From a virus, in the IMG/VR virus record IMGVR_UViG_3300036760_000306, positions 52,458 through 116,457 of that record: 64,000 bases of DNA, one strand, 5' to 3'. The notes under the pieces were generated by a model, which made no database searches, had not been told where the DNA came from, and saw nothing but the letters and a program-made list of their open reading frames with translations. The translations under genes and the position numbers were made by a program. The first letter of the stretch is position 1. Every line of letters begins with the position of its first letter. Shown here one piece after another: positions 56,388-64,000 of the stretch.

Positions 56388-56767
56388 TTCACATCCGAAG
56401 GCGGCGTCTTACGCAGCGGGTCCAACTCACAACCGTGGCCCGTATGATTGTCAGCGTCTTCATCACTCTCGCGGTGAGCCGCAGTGGCTAGCAAACGTAA
56501 CGCAGCGGCCTGTAGGCGGCCCCCCATCTCGTACAGGACAGACGCCGGTACAGCGGGGTGCACGATGTCCTCCATTATGAACACACCCTCACTCATCGTC
56601 ACAAGCACAGAACACACGGGAGCATCTGAGGTAATTGCCAACAACGTGGTGGTCATGCCTCCGACAATCCCAACAACATCCTCGTGCAAAGGTTGGGATT
56701 GGATCGCTTTCACCACCTCTTTGAGGTGATGCACCAACGCTTGCTCAAGCTCGTCGTTTTCAGACAT
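56384..56767 (-). CDS. Hypothetical protein
   Basis: 127 aa ORF in an operon run. Confidence 0.6.
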   Translation of the reverse strand: MSENDELEQALVHHLKEVVKAIQSQPLHEDVVGIVGGMTTTLLAITSDAPVCSVLVTMSEGVFIMEDIVHPAVPASVLYEMGGRLQAAALRLLATAAHRESDEDADNHTGHGCELDPLRKTPPSDVN

Positions 56768-56769
56768 AT

Positions 56770-57096
56770 TTACCCTACCAACTGAACCGAAAACAAAGAG
56801 TTACGGACCATCTCTCGTCCGAATTCCATCACAATCTGCTCATGTGCAGCGTGCCGCTCCCCAAACGTGACTGCTCGGTTGTGTGCCCAGATCGTCACTG
56901 TCAACACTGTCCCGACCAACGGCACCCCCGGCCCGAACGACGCGCCCCGATTCACCCATTTCAGACCAACTGCGGCATGGTCTGGGACTTGGACTTGACT
57001 CACACGAACCTCGCACTCAAGCCCAGCCCCGTGTACTTGAGGAGAGAAAGCCTGGATCGCTGTCGAAAGACGCATGGCTCGAACTGTCCAATCCAT
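56770..57096 (-). CDS. Hypothetical protein
   Basis: 108 aa ORF in an operon run. Confidence 0.55.
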   Translation of the reverse strand: MDWTVRAMRLSTAIQAFSPQVHGAGLECEVRVSQVQVPDHAAVGLKWVNRGASFGPGVPLVGTVLTVTIWAHNRAVTFGERHAAHEQIVMEFGREMVRNSLFSVQLVG

Positions 57097-57220
57097 AGTT
57101 TTTACCCCTTAGTCACCAGGTCAGCCAGAGAAGCCCGTAGCGCTCGCTGAGCAGCCATGACAGCCCCGTCCGGAGTCGTCAAGTCCTCAACGTACGGGCT
57201 CGGGCTCTCTTGATCTTGGC

Positions 57221-57514
57221 TCACCCTACCGCGTCCTTGATGGCCTTGACGGGCGAGGTCTTGACCTTTGTGGACTCAGGTTTGGCGGCGATCGTCACCG
57301 CTTGCTTGGTGAACGGGTTGATCCCTTGGCGTTCTGCCGTCGCAGCCTTCTTGACGGCCTTGAGCTTCACGACACCAGGGATCGTTACCTCGCCTGAGGT
57401 CTTGAGGGCTTCCGCCACGACCTCCGACATAGAGTTGATCAAACCCACAACGTCGCTCTTGGCGATATGCGGGTTCTTGGCGTGAACTGCGGAAATGAAT
57501 TCAGTCTTGCTCAT
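57221..57514 (-). CDS. hup: HU/IHF-family histone-like DNA-binding protein
   Basis: MSKTEFI, GEVTIPG, RQGINPFT...TIAAKP...VK; GAGG SD. Confidence 0.93.
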   Translation of the reverse strand: MSKTEFISAVHAKNPHIAKSDVVGLINSMSEVVAEALKTSGEVTIPGVVKLKAVKKAATAERQGINPFTKQAVTIAAKPESTKVKTSPVKAIKDAVG

Positions 57515-57703
57515 TAGGTTCCTCGTAGTTTGAGACGACGTTCTTATACACCAAAATCAGAGCTTCGGTCCACCACTAAGCAGCCGAGCAAAGAATTCTG
57601 CCCCCTGGAGGGCCTTCATGTCTCGCATAGGTACGCAGGCGATCCAGAGACAAGACGATCCTACCTGGTTCTTTACAGAACGGACAAGGCTTAAGATTCA
57701 GAC

Positions 57704-58345
57704 TCACCGCCCGGCCAACCACTCTTGGAAGCGTTCCTCGACCCGCTTCTTGGCCACGGCCATCGTGTGCTGCCCTGAGAGGTGCTCTAGCCTTGTGTCA
57801 GGCTGCGATCCGAAGGTGGCGTCGTAGAGCCTGTCATCGCCATCATCGGACACCCGCACGACCGCTACAGTACCGATCACAATTGGACCTACCCAGCACT
57901 CTTCCAACATAGGGCTGCGTGCCACCCACGAGAATCTGGAGCCCTTCACAGGCTTAGAGGGCTTGAGCAGCGCTGGGGACTTGGCCGAAAGTTTGACAAC
58001 GATCAATTCCTCGATCGCGTGTACGACCTGATCTGCTGCCTCGTGAAGGCTACCAGGCTCTCCCGATGCAACGAGGGTACGTAGCCGCATGGCCAAGAGA
58101 TCATGAGCGTGGGACTCCGGGGGCCCGGACATCGAGGCCATCCGATTCAAGACCCCCTCGACTCGGGTCAACCGAGCACTCTGCCGCAGCTTTCGGAACT
58201 TCCTCAGCGCCTCTTCGGCAGCGGTACCGTATTCGGGTCCTCGGTAATTCTCGCACGAAAGAGAATCGGTAACCACGTGGGCCGAATCACTCCCCACCTC
58301 TCGGGCTTTACGCCGGATCAGCTCATCGACGGTCCAGTTTGCCAT
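57704..58345 (-). CDS. Hypothetical protein
   Basis: Start MANWTV at 58345 set by GGTGTA-N9-ATG. Confidence 0.7.
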   Translation of the reverse strand: MANWTVDELIRRKAREVGSDSAHVVTDSLSCENYRGPEYGTAAEEALRKFRKLRQSARLTRVEGVLNRMASMSGPPESHAHDLLAMRLRTLVASGEPGSLHEAADQVVHAIEELIVVKLSAKSPALLKPSKPVKGSRFSWVARSPMLEECWVGPIVIGTVAVVRVSDDGDDRLYDATFGSQPDTRLEHLSGQHTMAVAKKRVEERFQEWLAGR

Positions 58346-58376
58346 GCCCTCTACTACACCGAAAACCGGGGTCAAT

Positions 58377-58868
58377 TCAAGAGTCGTTCAATTTGTCCCA
58401 CAGGGAAGTTGGCGGCGGTTCTTCCTTGGGCTCGTCAAACATTGCCTCATCGCTCAACTGGACCAGCACCGGGGCGTTCCGTAGGGGGCACCAGTCAGGG
58501 GTTCCGCTCTGGGGCACCGGCCTTTCCATGAGTCTAGCGCACCTCTGAATAGAGCAGAACGGGCAGCTCTGGCACCCGTCCACCGACTGAGACCCGACTT
58601 GCAGTGTTCGCAAGCGAGGGATCTCAGTGGCCCAACACGTAGGGCACGCTGACTGCATCCGGCCATCCGCCGAGATGCTCGCCTGGAACCGTTCCCCGCA
58701 GGACACGCAAGCGTGCGTCCACAGAGGGCCGTCTTCCTCCGGGGTCGGAGGGGCCGCTTCGTTTTGAAGATGTTCAGTCGCGGCGTACTCGCGGCAGTCC
58801 GAGCACTCCCCTCGTCTCAGCCGCAACTCATCCTCGACTTCGACGCCACAGCCAGTACAGAAGGGCAT
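58377..58868 (-). CDS. Multi-Zn-finger protein with C-terminal SLWDKL tag
   Basis: Several CxxC; ends PPPTSLWDKLNDS. Confidence 0.7.
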   Translation of the reverse strand: MPFCTGCGVEVEDELRLRRGECSDCREYAATEHLQNEAAPPTPEEDGPLWTHACVSCGERFQASISADGRMQSACPTCWATEIPRLRTLQVGSQSVDGCQSCPFCSIQRCARLMERPVPQSGTPDWCPLRNAPVLVQLSDEAMFDEPKEEPPPTSLWDKLNDS

Positions 58869-59137
58869 TCAGCACTCGCCATTGGCGTTAGGGGGCTCGG
58901 ATCGACGAGGCTTGAAACCGTGGAAGCCGGTTCGTTTGGCGTTTCGGACCGCACATTTGCGGCACTGCCCTGGAGCGTTGTGACGCCAACGAGTCAGAGG
59001 TATGGAGAAACGGAAGGTGCAGGCACACAAGATCTTCGCCATCTTTTGAACCTGAGGCTTGCCGCCTCGGATCACGTTACTATCGTAGATCTCAAGTAAC
59101 GTGAGCGTGCCAGAATGTGAACGGGTAGGAAGCATGG

Positions 59138-59530
59138 TCAAGCGTTCTCCAGCAGGGTCCAAAACAAACCTGAAGTCCTAGGGTAATGCATGAACGATTC
59201 AAGTATCGAACCGTGGCGGTTCTTGTGACACACCATCCTGATTCCTTGACCCGTCACGAAACCCGTGGTGATCAGGTCCGCTAGCTTGGCATCGGGGACA
59301 TTCAGGATATCAAAATACCCGCCGTTACGTTGAGCAGTCCTAAGCGCATACCCGTTAGCCCGGATCTCCAACAGCATCACGATCTGCTCATCCACAGCCC
59401 GCTGTTTGGCCGCCCCCGCACTCCCCTTAGCCACCACCAGGTCCGGAGGGAACAGCTCTACAGGCCGTGGCCCCATGTGGATCCAAAGATCTCCTGGCAG
59501 TAGTTTTAGCGTGGCCCACTCGTGGATCAC
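59138..59530 (-). CDS. Hypothetical protein
   Basis: GGTGTA 20 nt upstream. Confidence 0.55.
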   Translation of the reverse strand: MIHEWATLKLLPGDLWIHMGPRPVELFPPDLVVAKGSAGAAKQRAVDEQIVMLLEIRANGYALRTAQRNGGYFDILNVPDAKLADLITTGFVTGQGIRMVCHKNRHGSILESFMHYPRTSGLFWTLLENA

Positions 59531-59670
59531 AGGATGCCCTTTTGTAACCCTACACCGTCGTACCGAGCAATTTGGATCCCTTTCAGGTGCCAGCGCACGG
59601 ATCTGGGACCCTGAGGCGTTGGGGTCTCAACCACAGGCCTTTAGCATTCAGGAATTCGAGTTGGAGCATT

Positions 59671-60051
59671 TCAAGCAATCTCCCGCAGACCCATCAAGAT
59701 CAAGTCTTGGCGATCCTTGATCCCACGCAACAACAAACCCAAGCCGCCCAAAGCCGCAAGCCGAACCACCCGGGGAGCCTTCAGCAAACGTATGGCAGTC
59801 TCAGCCCGATCGTCATCCCGTCGCTTGGCGATCGAGATCCCCCAGTCCTTATCGAACTTGCGGTAGCCGATCAGCCACTCGGCATCCTCCGCCTCGATGA
59901 GGACGCTTTCCGGTAGCGATATCCCCACATTCACCCGCGTGAGGGCATCCTCTACTTCTTCGATCCGGGCATTGACCCCGTCCGACAACCTGCTTATTTC
60001 CTCAGCCCGTACCGAGATCAGCTCCAAAAGCTTCGTCAACTTGGCGTCCAT
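59671..60051 (-). CDS. Hypothetical protein
   Basis: Coupled to the upstream stop. Confidence 0.65.
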   Translation of the reverse strand: MDAKLTKLLELISVRAEEISRLSDGVNARIEEVEDALTRVNVGISLPESVLIEAEDAEWLIGYRKFDKDWGISIAKRRDDDRAETAIRLLKAPRVVRLAALGGLGLLLRGIKDRQDLILMGLREIA

Positions 60052-60365
60052 CACGGCCACCTGATCGTGCAGCCCTTGAGGATGCCGCAGCACAGGGTGC
60101 CTTCAACCAAGACTCGGGTTAGAGGCTTTCCAGCCTCCACAACCTCCGGCCGTTTCGCTCGAAACGACTCGACCCAAACGTCCCCGTAACCACACTCGAA
60201 GAAGTCGTAACCCTTCCTCGACACGTCCTGAAAGCCTTCGGAACGCATAGCCCCTTGGAGCCTCTCGTCACTTGGGCTGCACCCTCCGGACTTGGCTACC
60301 GTAACGTAGAGGAACAGGAAAACCAGCGCCCACAAAAGTCTGCCACCCTCATCAGATTTCGTCAT
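60051..60365 (-). CDS. Membrane-anchored hypothetical protein
   Basis: N-terminal TM; GY.FF.C..GD...F.A...G.LCCG.LKGCTIRW family motif. Confidence 0.7.
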   Translation of the reverse strand: MTKSDEGGRLLWALVFLFLYVTVAKSGGCSPSDERLQGAMRSEGFQDVSRKGYDFFECGYGDVWVESFRAKRPEVVEAGKPLTRVLVEGTLCCGILKGCTIRWP

Positions 60366-60386
60366 ATATTCCCTCACTACACCGGG

Positions 60387-60761
60387 TCAGAGGTCCACCT
60401 CGATCAAATCATGGGGCTCCACTTTATGGCTAGATTTACCGTTCTTCTCTTCCCCTGTCTCGGTGAGAGGGCGGATAGTTAATCCGCCGCCCGCACTGTA
60501 AGCCACTCGCCACAGCGAATCCAAGAGCCTTGGTGGTGGAGCTGGTGCCTCCGCCAGCTCCACGTCAGCCCAGTGGTCCCGGGTCAACCTGAGCACTTCC
60601 TGGAGCTTAGGCGCAAACCCGCCCTTCTGGAGCCACCCTGCGAGGTTCTGGAGCCCCTCGATCGCTTCCTCACGGTGACGAGCCTTGGCTTCCTGCGAAT
60701 CCTGGCCATGACAGCCGTCGATCGAATTCAAGATGTCAATCAAGCACTGGGTCGGGTCCAT
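60387..60761 (-). CDS. Hypothetical protein
   Basis: MDPTQCL...L..WL.KGGF.P family motif. Confidence 0.65.
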   Translation of the reverse strand: MDPTQCLIDILNSIDGCHGQDSQEAKARHREEAIEGLQNLAGWLQKGGFAPKLQEVLRLTRDHWADVELAEAPAPPPRLLDSLWRVAYSAGGGLTIRPLTETGEEKNGKSSHKVEPHDLIEVDL

Positions 60762-60887
60762 CCAAGTCTCTCTTTTCTTCGGGCTCAACCCGACGACTGA
60801 AATCGATCCCGCACTGGCGGCATCGAAAGTGTAAACGGAGCCCCAGGAATCCAAACTGGACCCCCTCGCCACCGCAGATAGGGCAAC

Positions 60888-61343
60888 TCATGACGCCCTC
60901 AGCTCCTGCTCAAGAGCCCGCAGGCGGCGATTCAAGGCCCGGCCAGCCGCCAAGGCTTGGCCACGGGGACGCTCACCATCCCAGAACAGGTTCTCGGGAC
61001 TGAGCTGGCTCTCCACCGAGTCAATCTCCGCCTGGATCTCTTGAGCGGAGCGCTTCTGCACGGGAGGCACAAACCCTTGCAAGGGGTGCTGAGGGGGCTT
61101 GCCCAGGGCGTCTGACTCAATCAGCACCCCACCCACACAGTGCTGGTGCGGGTCAGCGTGGCGAACCAGCGACACCGCAACCCGCCACTTCGCACCCTTC
61201 TCCCGGATCCGCTCCTGCCCGCGAGCCTCAGTTTGCTCGATCAAGATGGTCTTGCCGTTGACCTTGAGCACGATCCCGTGGGTCTGCTCCCCTGAGGGGC
61301 GGCCAAACACTACCTGATCACCGATTTTGAATGAGTTGTTCAT
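60888..61343 (-). CDS. Hypothetical protein with SH3/KOW-like N-terminus
   Basis: FKIGDQVVFG; LSPENL..DGE motif; leaderless start behind a promoter. Confidence 0.75.
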   Translation of the reverse strand: MNNSFKIGDQVVFGRPSGEQTHGIVLKVNGKTILIEQTEARGQERIREKGAKWRVAVSLVRHADPHQHCVGGVLIESDALGKPPQHPLQGFVPPVQKRSAQEIQAEIDSVESQLSPENLFWDGERPRGQALAAGRALNRRLRALEQELRAS

Positions 61344-61348
61344 GCCTG

Positions 61349-61376
61349 TACCACACCGGGGCTCGGGAAAACTCTA
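61349..61376 (-). promoter_or_regulatory. Bipartite promoter TAGAGT-N13-GGTGTGGTA
   Basis: Reverse complement TAGAGTTTTCCCGAGCCCCGGTGTGGTACAGGC-ATG. Confidence 0.8.
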
Positions 61377-61527
61377 CTGAGCCCTCCGCTTCCAACGCAA
61401 GAAGGGTACGTCGAATCGTCGGCAACGAGCACTTGGCGATCTCTCGTGTAGTCTTGTAGTCCCAGGCAGCAGTCGAGGCACACAAGGCCCGCTTCAATAG
61501 GGTGGCGTTGGTCATCGGAATTGCCTA

Positions 61528-61836
61528 TCAAGTTGCCTTGGACCCGATCATAACCTTTGCCTGATTGAGTTGGTCCTGAACCGCTCTGTCAGCGTACCCG
61601 CCTGTGAGTGCAGGATCGCGATAGCTCACCCCACAGTTGCAGCGACCCGCAGAGATGCTCCAGTGTTTGCAGGCGAGGCATACCCCGTGAACTGCCCATG
61701 TCCTAGCCGCCGCGTCTTCAGAGCCGGGTTTGACTTCGTAGGTGACTGGGCCACCCTCTGTAATGAACAGGTGGTCATTACGAGTAAATAGGCGGTCCCT
61801 TAGAGCATTACCGAGTTGGATTGAATAGGTGATCAT
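61528..61836 (-). CDS. Hypothetical protein
   Basis: GAGG SD. Confidence 0.55.
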   Translation of the reverse strand: MITYSIQLGNALRDRLFTRNDHLFITEGGPVTYEVKPGSEDAAARTWAVHGVCLACKHWSISAGRCNCGVSYRDPALTGGYADRAVQDQLNQAKVMIGSKAT

Positions 61837-61889
61837 GGTGCCTCAGCTCGCTAGTGGTGTGGAAACACCTCAACTCAGGAAAACGCCAG

Positions 61890-62540
61890 TCAAACCCACC
61901 CGGAAGCGAAAGCCCGAGCAAACTCTCGCTGGTAATCTTCCACCGGAGTCTCGCCGGTACTCCGGTAAAACTCCCGTACAGGGCGTACCACCGGGGCCAG
62001 ATAGCTGGGCCGTTCGCTCCGCTGGCCCAGTAGGGTGGCTTCGGCGGGTGTCGCCAAGCGGGCGTAGTAGTTCCAGCGTGGGTTGGTGGTTAGGAACAGA
62101 GCGTGGGCCATTTCACCCACCACGTCCACAACGACCGCCATGTGATGGCTCGTACCGTCATTGTGCGTACAGATAGACCCTGCACCGAGTGTCACCGGGG
62201 TGCTCAGTAGTAGACCCTCGACTACAGGCACCAGCACAGGGTCAGCGTCGTCAACGAGGCTGAAAGGAGGTGGATCTGCGAGGTAACTTTGCAACATGTC
62301 TTCGGCAGTCTGGCGGACTGCTTTCGAGTTGTTCTGACGAGTCACGACGATCGTCGAAGCCACCACGAACTCGTTGAGCAAGCTTGTACGAGTCCAGAAC
62401 GCCCTGAACGTGCCCCCTCTCCCACGCAAGACACCACAGGTCCAAGTGACCATTGGGATGGGCTTTACCTCAACGGGTAGCTCTTTCCCATTGAGGTAAT
62501 CTTGCAGTGTGTACTCAGGGTCTTCGCCGGTTTGTTCCAT
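61890..62540 (-). CDS. Hypothetical protein
   Basis: 216 aa ORF. Confidence 0.65.
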   Translation of the reverse strand: MEQTGEDPEYTLQDYLNGKELPVEVKPIPMVTWTCGVLRGRGGTFRAFWTRTSLLNEFVVASTIVVTRQNNSKAVRQTAEDMLQSYLADPPPFSLVDDADPVLVPVVEGLLLSTPVTLGAGSICTHNDGTSHHMAVVVDVVGEMAHALFLTTNPRWNYYARLATPAEATLLGQRSERPSYLAPVVRPVREFYRSTGETPVEDYQREFARAFASGWV

Positions 62541-62708
62541 TGCTGTCAGCGATCAGTTTAGCGACAATTTGGGCTTGTGTACGGCCACGCAACCTCGCTT
62601 CAATAAATTGAGATTGGCGAAATGGGCTCCGTACCCCAACCGCAATAGCTTCCTTGCGATACTCGTTTCGCAAAGCATTTTCAGTTTGGACCTTAGCACG
62701 TTGAGGTT

Positions 62709-63560
62709 TCAAACCGCCACCCCCACGACCGTCCCGGCCGGGCGAGTCATAAACGCGAAGTGGGCATCCTGCCCGTGCTTGAGGGTCGCCTTGATCGTCA
62801 CGGTCTTGCCCTTGGGGCCGCCGTCCCGGGTCGCGTCCAGGATAGCCTTGGGACACGTTCCCCAGGCCAGCCAGGAGCCCTCAGGAGTCTCGACCTTGAC
62901 CGTAACCTTGGTCTGGGTCCCGTACTGCCCGTCAACCTCTTTCACGGACACCACGACGCCTTGAAACGTCACGCAACCCTCGGGGGCCGGGACATGTGCC
63001 TCGGTGTCCACGGGCTTCGGCTTGTTCGCTTGATCCGCGATCTTCAGCACCAGGGCAATCTGCTTGTCTGAGATATCGCCCCACTTCTCAAAGCGATCCC
63101 GGATGTCCTGTACGACGGTGTGCGGGCACTCAAAGGCCGCTTCCAACCCCGGGTACGCGCCGAAAAAGTTGGCACGGTTCTCAGCCTTCTCAGCCTTGGC
63201 GATTTCAATCGCACGAGCCGCCTTGAAGTTCCCCACTTCCAGCTCAAAGGCCGAACGGTCAGCCATCAGGCTGTACTTGTCCGCACAGTCATGGCCGACC
63301 GTGATCAACTCGCCGGTCAGCTCGTGCTTCCACAAGTCGCCGTAGTTGAAGTTTGCGCCGCAGACGCTGCACTTACCCAGCCCGAAGCCCCACGAAGGGT
63401 GACGGAACACGGGGTGCTCTTGCGTGTACGCACGAGCACGGTCCAGGTTGATCGAGGGCATAAACGCATGCCCGAAAACGTAGCTCACAAGGTAGGTGTA
63501 GTGAGCCGGGATCAGCAGTGACGGTGTGTGCGGGTCCAAACGTGCTTTATGGTTGGTCAT
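62709..63560 (-). CDS. Zn-finger plus OB-fold-like protein
   Basis: CSVCG...VGHDC; ISDKQI; C-terminal beta-rich G.VVSVK...YG..K; leaderless start. Confidence 0.7.
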   Translation of the reverse strand: MTNHKARLDPHTPSLLIPAHYTYLVSYVFGHAFMPSINLDRARAYTQEHPVFRHPSWGFGLGKCSVCGANFNYGDLWKHELTGELITVGHDCADKYSLMADRSAFELEVGNFKAARAIEIAKAEKAENRANFFGAYPGLEAAFECPHTVVQDIRDRFEKWGDISDKQIALVLKIADQANKPKPVDTEAHVPAPEGCVTFQGVVVSVKEVDGQYGTQTKVTVKVETPEGSWLAWGTCPKAILDATRDGGPKGKTVTIKATLKHGQDAHFAFMTRPAGTVVGVAV

Positions 63561-63565
63561 GCCTG

Positions 63566-63593
63566 TACCACACCTCAGTCACGGGAAACTCTA
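63566..63593 (-). promoter_or_regulatory. Bipartite promoter TAGAGT-N13-GGTGTGGTA
   Basis: Reverse complement TAGAGTTTCCCGTGACTGAGGTGTGGTACAGGC-ATG. Confidence 0.8.
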
Positions 63594-63707
63594 TCCTTGA
63601 TTTCAATTTCGCTGCTTTCCCCGTCTGAGCAGCACTCGGGGCGCTCAAGAGTGCCCCGTTAGCGAGCGTACACTTTACGACAACGGGTTGAGCTGGTTCG
63701 GTTATAA

Positions 63708-64000
63708 CTACATCAGGGCGTCGAGGTCAGTGATGAGAGGATAGCTGCCCTCAAGCACCTGGGTAGGCTGGTCGAACGTTTCGGACTTGAGTTCGTTGAA
63801 CCCGTGGCTCAGGACGGGCCCCATGACCCTAAGCGTGTTCATCACCTGTCTGGTAGGCATGCCCATCGTGCCGCTGCACCGAACCGCGTCTGCACCCAAT
63901 TCTTCTGTTGCGTCGTCATCCAGGCCTTCTGTCATGCTTTCCTGCAATCTGGATATACCCAGATCCTCAATGTCCGCAGCCAGCACCCCTTCAATATGGG
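63708..64000 (-). CDS. 3' part of a hypothetical gene extending beyond the window
   Basis: Frame open to the window edge. Confidence 0.55.
   Translation of the reverse strand, partial: HIEGVLAADIEDLGISRLQESMTEGLDDDATEELGADAVRCSGTMGMPTRQVMNTLRVMGPVLSHGFNELKSETFDQPTQVLEGSYPLITDLDALM

Noticed and set aside
59138-59180. SGLFWTLLENA C-terminus as another copy of the TLWDHL tag
   Set aside because: It lacks the Asp and the register differs; too weak to count.
1-64000. Alternative genetic code (stop-codon reassignment) as in some jumbo phages
   Set aside because: Conserved enzymes are full length under the standard code, and TAG, TGA and TAA all end genes at sensible positions.
1-64000. Bacterial chromosome origin (coaD, nadK, rnhB, hup, cca present)
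   Set aside because: These genes are isolated among short hypotheticals without their usual operon neighbours, alongside dNMP kinase, endolysin, a fibre gene, homing endonucleases and a private promoter motif.

Overview
This 64 kb window is a gene-dense segment of a large (jumbo-type) GC-rich bacteriophage genome, read with the standard genetic code. It holds about 100 mostly short ORFs on both strands. No rRNA, tRNA, CRISPR array or core capsid/terminase genes were seen. Recognisable genes: a polyvalent protein (zincin/LPD1-like plus a topoisomerase IB domain), Dam-type methylase, RNase HII, a fibre-like virion protein, acireductone dioxygenase, NAD kinase, dNMP kinase, 2H phosphoesterase, CoaD, amidase endolysin, an NrtR-NAMPT-(PncC-like/NMNAT) NAD salvage operon with two NrtR-type operators, NADAR, CCA-adding enzyme, Pth2, a BCS1-like AAA ATPase and HU. 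Four things stand out. (1) A shared C-terminal peptide tag, [TSN]-[LV]-[FW]-D-[HKL]-L-x(1-3)-[DE], ends at least 8 unrelated proteins. (2) A second tag, [RK]-V-[AL]-x-R-[YF], often followed by x-x-A, marks putative head-packaged cargo, including a cryptic ADP-ribosyltransferase and the Topo IB module. (3) A phage promoter, GGTGTA/GGTGTG (with TAGAGT 13 nt upstream in a subset), sits 8-10 nt before many start codons, implying leaderless mRNAs. (4) The NAD-reconstitution operon looks inducible by ADP-ribose. Several single-base indels, probably assembly errors, split real genes. All family assignments come from motif recognition by eye, with no database searches.
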